Origin: Patescibacteria group bacterium
GTDB taxonomy: Bacteria > Patescibacteriota > Patescibacteriia > PEXW01
Reading direction: 5' to 3'
Length of the DNA: 64,000 nucleotides
NCBI GenBank assembly: GCA_041665345.1
Contig: JBAYJA010000001.1
Coordinates: 201,206-265,205, forward strand
Positions 57,029 to 64,000 of the stretch are shown piece after piece. The notes beneath the pieces were generated by a model. It searched no databases, was not told the DNA's origin, and saw only the letters and a program-made list of their open reading frames with translations. Position 1 is the stretch's first letter. Each line of letters starts with the position of its first letter. Made by a program: the position numbers and the translations under genes.

Positions 57029-57982
57029 ATGATACTGTTCATACTTTTCATTCTCGCCCTAGGGATTGGGGCGGTCTTCTATATTAAGTATCGGAAACGT
57101 GAAATTCCCATCGGCAATGTCGGCGTCCTTACATTCATGAAAGGAAGGACACGTCGGATTTTCGGTGAAGGGATTGTTTTCGTTCCTCCCTTCTGTGAGG
57201 TGGAGGTTGTCTCCGTTATGGTACGGAGTCTTCCGCTCACCACGGAGGATACGGCCACCCACGATGGCTTCAGGGTTGTGATAACGGAACCTATGGTGAT
57301 GTTTGAACTTCTGCAAGCGGCTGATGATTCGAATAAGACCATGACGCGACTACGATTGAACACTCGCATTTGGCGAAGATTCATCCCGTACCAAATGGAT
57401 GATCAACTGGCGTTGTTTCTCAATATTCGTGGTGAATTAGAGAGGCAAATCCAGGTTCGAGCGCTGACAACTATCAGCACGTTTACGGCAATGACCGATC
57501 ATGATAAACTTCTTGGTTTTCATGTCGTAAAGCTTGTCAAACAGCTCATGTCAGATGGTGATCTTGAAATGGCAAAGGCTTCGCCCGAAGAGGTGCTGAA
57601 GACACGTGACGCGCTCATGAAAACCGTAACACAGGAGCTGACGACCGAGTTTAGCCCCTACGGTGTTACCAACATCCGTTTTGCGTATCGTGACCTCGAT
57701 CCGTCCGGTAAGCTGAAGGAGCTTATGGATGAAATGGAAGGCAAGTTGCAGGAGATGCAACGCGAGCAGATTGCCACAACGATTGAAGTAAATCGTGCCT
57801 TGGTCATTGCAAATGCGGTTGTGAAGTTCAAGAAAGAAAATCCTGAAGCTAATCTGGAGGAAATCTATCAGATGATGCGGGAACAGGATAACTTTCAAAT
57901 CGCTGCAGAAAAAGGAACAGTAGAAGCAATTGGCCAAATGGCATTACGGATGTTTGCCAAGAATGCAAAAGCCGTCGCCTAA
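57029..57982 (+). CDS. SPFH/band-7 (stomatin/prohibitin-like) domain membrane protein
   Basis: An N-terminal TM then an SPFH-like core (IGNVGVLTFMKGRTRRIFGEGIVFVPPF...). The true ATG follows AAGGAAGGAGAG. The track start at 56984 is an upstream extension. Confidence 0.55.
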   Translation: MILFILFILALGIGAVFYIKYRKREIPIGNVGVLTFMKGRTRRIFGEGIVFVPPFCEVEVVSVMVRSLPLTTEDTATHDGFRVVITEPMVMFELLQAADDSNKTMTRLRLNTRIWRRFIPYQMDDQLALFLNIRGELERQIQVRALTTISTFTAMTDHDKLLGFHVVKLVKQLMSDGDLEMAKASPEEVLKTRDALMKTVTQELTTEFSPYGVTNIRFAYRDLDPSGKLKELMDEMEGKLQEMQREQIATTIEVNRALVIANAVVKFKKENPEANLEEIYQMMREQDNFQIAAEKGTVEAIGQMALRMFAKNAKAVA

Positions 57983-58277
57983 TGTTCATTCGATAGTAGA
58001 AAGCCCACTGGCGACAGTGGGCTTTTTTTGTCATCCTGAATCATATGAAGGATCCCCAGACAATGGATGAACCTCGGAGATTCTTCGTCGGACTCAGAAT
58101 GACAGAGGGGAGGCAAGGGTGTGGATGCTTGTTAGGGTGTACGGCATGGAAGGAGGGCATCCTGCATGCTTCCATCAAACCTAAGACTTCTAACCTAACA
58201 AGCCTCTATACCTCCACCCCCCCATCCTCATTTCCGGCGAACCGGGATCCCGCTCCGCGGGGCGTATCTCTTTTCCC

Positions 58278-58322
58278 TCCGTAATTCGTAAGGTTGACAA
58301 AATGACCAATACATGCTAGTAT
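58278..58322 (+). promoter_or_regulatory. TCCGTAA-TTCGTAA repeats abutting the promoter (TTGACA at 58294-58299, 17 nt spacer, TAGTAT at 58317-58322) of the 58423 operon
   Basis: The architecture matches that upstream of dprA and of the deacetylase gene. Confidence 0.5.
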
Positions 58323-58422
58323 ACGCTGTTATGCCAAGGCTCCCCCTGGTATAGCTCCACAGCAATGTGGACGTTCGTTGAAAAGTAAATAATGAACATA
58401 GAGCTAAACACAGGAGGAAGCC

Positions 58423-59418
58423 ATGGCATATGGCAACAAAAATCGTGGTGGTGGCGGTGGAGATAACCGCACGCCAAAACTCTCTTATCGAAAGACGTGG
58501 GTATTAACAAAAGGGATTCTTACCCTTACGTTGATGTTCACCACGTCAAAACCAGTGAACGGTAAGCTCGCTGGCACAGTTTTTGGGCAGGAAATTGATA
58601 CTGAGTTGAATGACGGGAAAGCCCGCGTTGAAATTCAGAACATCAATCCAATGGACGGGAAAAGTCAGTTGGAAGTAACCGCAGAAACGGATCAAGACGG
58701 CGTCCTCACGCTCTCCGAGGAGATTGTCATCTCCCAGCCTACGAATTCATATAATATCGATCTGGGTATTACTGAATATGAGGTGGAGAAAGCGGGTCAG
58801 CCGAACGAGCTTCGGTTTCTATTGAGTGTACAGGTGTCGCGAGCAAACGGATTGCCATACAGCAATCTGGTGGGCCTGCAGATTACTTGTCTCAACGAAA
58901 CCAAAACCATCATCGTTAACGCAAGTGGAATTGGTGAAGCTGATTTTGGTCCAGGTGAGTATGGGAAGGAATATGAGGTGACGCTTTCTACTCCGGATTA
59001 CGGGAGTTTGAAGCGTGTCATTGCATTATCAGTCCCCACTATTGCCTTTACGGTTGCGGATGCTTTGGAAGACAGAGGTGTGAATAATCAGCCGATTGTT
59101 CCCACAACGTTCCGTGCAACGGTGAGTACGTTTGACGAGGAGAAGCACACAAACCCTGTAATACGGGTTTCAATTCAAGTCGGCACAACATTTTTTTCAA
59201 CGCTCACCGAGCCGGATGGTCGGGCAACGTTCATGAATCTCCCGCTCACCGCAGGTGAAAAGGAGACGAAGTACATCGTGTGGGTTCCTGGTGACGTTCA
59301 TAAGAACTGCACCATCGTTCATGCTGATAAGACAGCAACCCCCGCTGCACAACCCAAAGACAAGTCTTTCCTCAGAATTTTCAAGGAAACTCTGAAGGAA
59401 ACGGTAGGTAAGAAATGA
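58423..59418 (+). CDS. hypothetical secreted/membrane-anchored protein (331 aa)
   Basis: A GGAGGAAG ribosome-binding site, a Gly-rich N-terminus and a hydrophobic segment. Confidence 0.5.
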   Translation: MAYGNKNRGGGGGDNRTPKLSYRKTWVLTKGILTLTLMFTTSKPVNGKLAGTVFGQEIDTELNDGKARVEIQNINPMDGKSQLEVTAETDQDGVLTLSEEIVISQPTNSYNIDLGITEYEVEKAGQPNELRFLLSVQVSRANGLPYSNLVGLQITCLNETKTIIVNASGIGEADFGPGEYGKEYEVTLSTPDYGSLKRVIALSVPTIAFTVADALEDRGVNNQPIVPTTFRATVSTFDEEKHTNPVIRVSIQVGTTFFSTLTEPDGRATFMNLPLTAGEKETKYIVWVPGDVHKNCTIVHADKTATPAAQPKDKSFLRIFKETLKETVGKK

Positions 59419-60821
59419 AGAATTATTTTAAATCCCTTCTCGGTATGTTTTCCAAGAAAGCAAAGCCGGGAGTGAAGGACATTGACGCAACTGTCAATGC
59501 CGGTGTAGTGCAGGAAGCAGAAATTGTTGATGTTCAATCAACGCCGACCATTGCGCCGCAAGAGCCTATCGCTCCGGTGGTGCCAACCGAGGCGATTCCT
59601 GCCGCACTGATGGAGCGCATTCAGTCTCTCGAGGAGAATGTTACAGAACAGCAACGTCTCCGGAAAGAGGAAAATGCTCAACGGGAAGAGCGACGACTGC
59701 AACAGGAGGAGCGCAAGCTTCAACTGAAAGCCGAAGCATTGAAGATGAAGCAAGAACAACTTGCGGCCAAGCAGGCGCAGCGTGATCAAGAGCAAGCTCG
59801 GAAGGCTGAGCAAAAAGCCCAACAGCAGACTCTGCAAATTCGTAAGAAGGCAGTGAAGGTACGTGCACTTCGAATTGCACGTATCACCAAGGCAAGTTGG
59901 AAAGCCGAAAAGTCTGAACGCCGGAAGCAATTCTGGACAACTGTTGGCTTTCAAGTTGCTAGGGTTTTTTTCAGCATCTGGAATTTCATTTCCTTCCCAT
60001 TCCGCAAGGGTCGTCCCAAGAAAATTGGGAAGGGTCTGTGGATTACCGTGAAAGTGCTCTGGGCCTTCCCGGTTGCATTTTGGCGGTGGTGGTGCCAGTC
60101 CAATAACCTGCGTGCCCGGGTTGGCATGTGGGTCGCATTAGTGGTAACGGTCTGGTTTATCTGGCACGGAGTGAATCAATTTCAACTACGTGCAGAATAT
60201 CCTTTTACGAATGATATCGTGAAAGAGTTTACGCCAGCGCCGAAGAAGTCAATAATAAAATCCGATAGCTACCCTGATCCCTTTGAATTTTTCGGTCATA
60301 AACGGCCGGCAAAGAAGAAGGCTCCGCAAACCAGAGATAGTGCCTACACTACCTTGTTCGCAAATGCACAAGAGCAGCATGCTAAAGATGAGGAAAGCCT
60401 TGTCATGCAAGCAAGCCTTGATTCACCTCTCTCCCTAGGCATTCGTTACTTAGTGATTTTACCCTTGGTATGGCTTTTAGCGATTCTGTACTGGATTATT
60501 TCTAGGAATGACGAAACGTTGAAGTTCTTTAAAGAACGACTAGAAAGTATCAAAGAGGCTAGGGCACAAAAAAAGCAGGGAGCAATCACGCACGGGAGTG
60601 GGTCGAAAGGGAGGTCTGTGGGTGGTCAACCTGCACGGGTAATTACCGCCTTTACACCAGTGGCCGTTGCCGCAGGTGGTGCAGTTGCTGTACCAGTGGT
60701 TGAAGAGAAGCATGGTAAATTTGAAAGCTTGCTTCTCAAAGCTTTGGCAGCTGAAGAAGTTATTGAGTATTCAATCAAGTTCATTGACTGGTTGATTAAA
60801 CGGAAAGGAAAACAGTCGTGA
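59415..60821 (+). CDS. hypothetical coiled-coil plus membrane protein (468 aa)
   Basis: The start overlaps the previous stop (ATGA). It has a long Q/E/K/R-rich coiled coil and then TM helices. Confidence 0.5.
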   Translation: MKNYFKSLLGMFSKKAKPGVKDIDATVNAGVVQEAEIVDVQSTPTIAPQEPIAPVVPTEAIPAALMERIQSLEENVTEQQRLRKEENAQREERRLQQEERKLQLKAEALKMKQEQLAAKQAQRDQEQARKAEQKAQQQTLQIRKKAVKVRALRIARITKASWKAEKSERRKQFWTTVGFQVARVFFSIWNFISFPFRKGRPKKIGKGLWITVKVLWAFPVAFWRWWCQSNNLRARVGMWVALVVTVWFIWHGVNQFQLRAEYPFTNDIVKEFTPAPKKSIIKSDSYPDPFEFFGHKRPAKKKAPQTRDSAYTTLFANAQEQHAKDEESLVMQASLDSPLSLGIRYLVILPLVWLLAILYWIISRNDETLKFFKERLESIKEARAQKKQGAITHGSGSKGRSVGGQPARVITAFTPVAVAAGGAVAVPVVEEKHGKFESLLLKALAAEEVIEYSIKFIDWLIKRKGKQS

Positions 60822-61834
60822 AAAAGGTTTTAGTTTATCTCTGGTTTACGCCGTGGTTTATAGTGAGCATGACATTATTGGCAATAGTCGTCACTGCAAG
60901 TATTGGTTTCAATACGAGCGTTGGGATTATCTACCTTTTTGTCTGTGCTTGCCGCTTAGCCTTCATCGGCGGCAAATCAGCTGGCGTCATAGCAATCATC
61001 GTTTCATGCGCAGTTATTGTATTCATGGCAGAAAATGCCGTGAAAGATCGGTCGCAGGACAGCCTGATTGTGCTCTATGCAAAAGTAACAGCCGACTTGC
61101 ATAAGAACAATAAGGAAGCAGCTTCGACATATGTCCCTGGAGCTGCACAGACGAGCCAGTTAATCAGAGGTGTGGAGGAAGTTGAAGCTCTGCACACCGA
61201 GGCACTTGAGGTTGTAGTGGATACCGCAATCGCCTCCCAAGTTGGTCAGACCGGCTTTTCAGGTGGGGTTGAAAATTCTCAATTATTCAAGGCGGCTCAA
61301 ATAGTCAGAAAGAATATTGAGGATTATAAAACAGTACTCCGAGCAGGAGGGTTGTTAAATCCTGAGGTGACTAAGCCGAAGTCAGTTGACCTCACGGTTG
61401 ACTTAACCGATTCGGACGGAAGTACAGTCACCGTACTTCCGGGTGAAAAAATCGAGTTCAGTGTTAAATTCGCACATTACTCGATTATGCCGGTTTTTTT
61501 CACCGATCCGAATGGAACAACACGAACCATGTCGGATAACTATGTCGATGCAAACGGTATGGTCATCGACGATCCGGATGATCGTTTCGTAGCCCCTGCA
61601 CTACCTCGGTACGGCACAATTTACCGAGTGGGCGATGGGCTGTGGAAACCATTAGGCATGGGTGTCACTATTGTTGAAAAAAACGACAGTGGTGCGCCTA
61701 TAGAAGTTACCTTTAGCGTCAACGACATCAAGTCGAGCTTCAATAATTCGCATACCTTTGATGACAACAAAGGAAAACTAATTATTCAGCTCCATGAGTC
61801 AGACATCGTTGAAGGGTATGCTTCAGCCTATTAA
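60818..61834 (+). CDS. hypothetical membrane-anchored protein (338 aa)
   Basis: The start overlaps the previous stop. Two N-terminal TM helices. Confidence 0.5.
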   Translation: MKKVLVYLWFTPWFIVSMTLLAIVVTASIGFNTSVGIIYLFVCACRLAFIGGKSAGVIAIIVSCAVIVFMAENAVKDRSQDSLIVLYAKVTADLHKNNKEAASTYVPGAAQTSQLIRGVEEVEALHTEALEVVVDTAIASQVGQTGFSGGVENSQLFKAAQIVRKNIEDYKTVLRAGGLLNPEVTKPKSVDLTVDLTDSDGSTVTVLPGEKIEFSVKFAHYSIMPVFFTDPNGTTRTMSDNYVDANGMVIDDPDDRFVAPALPRYGTIYRVGDGLWKPLGMGVTIVEKNDSGAPIEVTFSVNDIKSSFNNSHTFDDNKGKLIIQLHESDIVEGYASAY

Positions 61835-61951
61835 CATCAAATTACATTGAACGTTGAAGAGCCTTTGCAGAAATGCGGGGCTCTTTTCTTTTTCCCGCAG
61901 AAATGCTATACTACTTGTGAAAATAAACCTCCTCACAAGTAACTCTTTTTT

Positions 61952-64000
61952 TATGGTCCAGACCCTTCGTCGAACCATTCTTACCCTCGTCACACTCAGC
62001 GTGGGCTTTTTTCTTATCCCCGCTGCGGTGCACGCAGCGTATGGTGATACGTCCACGTTCCTGGGCAAAGTCTACAGCGGTGATGGTGGCACACGTACCC
62101 AAGCTTTGCTGGATTTCCCTGAGGACGTAGAAATTGCCGCAGATGGTACGTTCTACATTGCCGATACCTACAACAACGTCATTCGGCGGGTAACCCCAGC
62201 GGGTGTGGTTTCCACGTACGCGGGAACCGGGGAGTATGGTATGGGTGATGGCGCAGCGAACAAAGCGCTGTTCGCGTTGCCGCGCGGGTTGGCCCGAGAC
62301 AGCGCGGGGAATGTGTACGTGGCAGATTCGGCGAACAATCGTGTCCGGAAAATTTCTGCAGCTGGAGTAGTAACTACAATTGCTAGTGGGTTGAAGAACC
62401 CGCAGGGCGTGCTCGTCAGTGGCAGCACGGTGTTCATTGCGGACACGGATGGGAACATCATCCGGAGAGTATCAACGACCGGTGGAAAAGTCACAACTGT
62501 CTCAACTCAGGTGAAGCGACCCAAGAAACTTGCGCTCAGCGCAGATGGTTTGTATTTGTACGTTGCAGATAGTGGCAGTTTCCGGGTGCTGCAAGTGCGG
62601 ATTAGTACCGGGGTGGCCACGGTGGTCGCGGGCTCGGGTGCGGCTGGGTATGCAGAAGGTGTGGGTGCTGAAGCACGGTTCCGGAATGTATACGGCGTGA
62701 CGCGCGATGGAAATACGTTGTACGTCAGTGATGGAAACGGCCTCACGGATTACGTTCGGGCTATTGATCTGACGACCAAGCAGACGTCGCTCTTTGCCAC
62801 AGACTTCCGCATGCAAGATCTGAACTTCCCGGCTGGGTTGCGTGCCTACGGCGCAAATGTGTATGTGGCGAACTCTGGCATTGGGACCATCCACCGGTAC
62901 AGCAAGACCACCCCCACTGACGAAGAGGCATACATTGGGTCAGTACGTTTTGGGAATACCAACGGAGCACAGGCAGATGTGCTGCTGGGCCGGCCTGCTG
63001 CTTTTGCTATAACGGCAGATGGGGCAGTGATGTACGCCGCAGTGAACAATCACATTCGCAAAATTATTTTGGCCACTGGTGAAACTTCCACCATCATCGG
63101 TGATATCGTTGATGACTACGGTGAAGGACCGGCCGACCAGGTGAGTCCACGAACCCGGTTCAGTACCATTGCATCGCTCGCTTTGAGTCCGGACGAAACC
63201 AAGCTCTACCTCACGGATCGGTGGAATAACCGGATTCGGCAGGTCACCTTGGCTGGCACGCCAACTTCCGCCTTGGTGAGTGGTGCGGGGTATATTAATT
63301 CTAGTGGCAGCACAAATAATGGCTACCAGGACGGTATAGCATGTGCAACGGAAACTTTGGCGCAGGCCGGGTGTGCGTACTTCCGCGCACCGCAGGGCAT
63401 TGCAGTTTCACCTGATGGAACCACGCTGTACGTCTCGGATACGGGGAACCATCGCATTCGTACGGTGCGGATAAGTGACGGGCAGACTGCACTTCTTGCT
63501 GGGTCAGGCGTGGCTGGCTTTAAGGATGGTACCGGCGCTGCGGCGCAGTTCAACATTCCCACGCGCATTGCCCTCAGCCCAGATGGAGCAACCTTGTACG
63601 TCGCAGAGCAGGGGAATCATCGCGTCCGTGCGGTTGCGGTTGCAACCGGGGTCGTGAGTACGCTGGCAGGCGCTCGCCAAGGTTTTGCTGAAGGGATTGG
63701 CGCGGTTGCATCTTTCTCCGTACCGGTTGGTATTGCCGTGGGGCCTTCAGGTGAGGTGTACGTCACTGCAGACCGGATTATGGTCATTCAACCCAAGACC
63801 AGACTCGTGACGCTTGTATCTGGCTCTGGTATTCGCGGGTTGCGGAATGGTGTTCGATTGGGCACACGTTTCAATAGTTTGGCTGGGATTGCGGTCAGCC
63901 CCGATGGCAAGAAACTGTACGTCGCAGACAGTTGGAATGACCTAATTCGAACCGTAGACATTGTAGGTGGACCCAAGTTCAGCCAAGCTGCGCCAACCTT
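61952..64000 (+). CDS. secreted NHL-repeat (six-bladed beta-propeller) protein, 3' partial at window edge
   Basis: Manual translation gives a signal peptide (MVQTLRRTILTLVTLSVGFFLIPAAVHA) then at least 12 NHL-like repeats (..P.GLA.D..GN.YVADS.NNRIRKI...). It is absent from the ORF track because there is no stop in the window. Confidence 0.65.

Noticed and set aside
1-64000. CRISPR arrays, rRNA genes, transposases/integrases, prophage structural genes
   Set aside because: No regularly spaced direct repeats with unique spacers were seen. No rRNA-like conserved stretches were seen. No recognisable DDE, tyrosine or serine recombinase, capsid or terminase ORFs were seen on either strand.

Overview
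This is a 64-kb bacterial chromosomal window, mostly about 55-60% GC, with lower-GC accessory stretches at about 1-840, 37.1-42.7 kb and 57-61.8 kb. Lineage is uncertain. It mixes conserved housekeeping operons with accessory regions of small membrane and secreted proteins of unknown function.

Housekeeping genes I can support:
- parA-parB, topA, dprA, mfd, pth, der and an LCP-family (LytR) protein
- lepB-hisS-HIT-rpsU-yqeY
- ybeY-dgkA-ftsA-ftsZ
- nrdR-nrdJ, htrA, prfB (with the canonical +1 frameshift), glmS and a split comEC

RNA genes and candidates:
- A cluster of three tRNAs on the minus strand at 868-1754, and tRNA-Val at 16570.
- Two ORF-free transcription units, each with a consensus sigma70 promoter and a terminator. 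The one at about 12.44-12.67 kb carries a good SRP RNA (ffs) domain-IV motif. The one at about 4.27-4.76 kb is unidentified.

Most unusual loci:
1. An initiator-like tRNA-Met plus a GIY-YIG endonuclease gene sits between duplicated tRNA ends and identical GC palindromes (1351-1855).
2. A 2357-aa surface protein is followed by two paralogous membrane proteins with Asp-rich Ca-binding repeats (19.9-28.8 kb).
3. Five small minus-strand genes at 37.1-39.6 kb each carry near-identical promoter and terminator-hairpin modules.
4. A vitamin-B12 theme runs through the window: the B12-dependent RNR nrdJ, a corrinoid adenosyltransferase, and a probable cobalamin riboswitch upstream of a DUF4430-like lipoprotein and a small transporter.
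5. Tandem TTCGTA(A) repeats sit directly upstream of the promoters of dprA, a polysaccharide deacetylase and an unknown four-gene operon.

No rRNA, CRISPR array, transposase or integrase was seen. Line-to-coordinate mapping by eye may be off by 1-2 nt in places.
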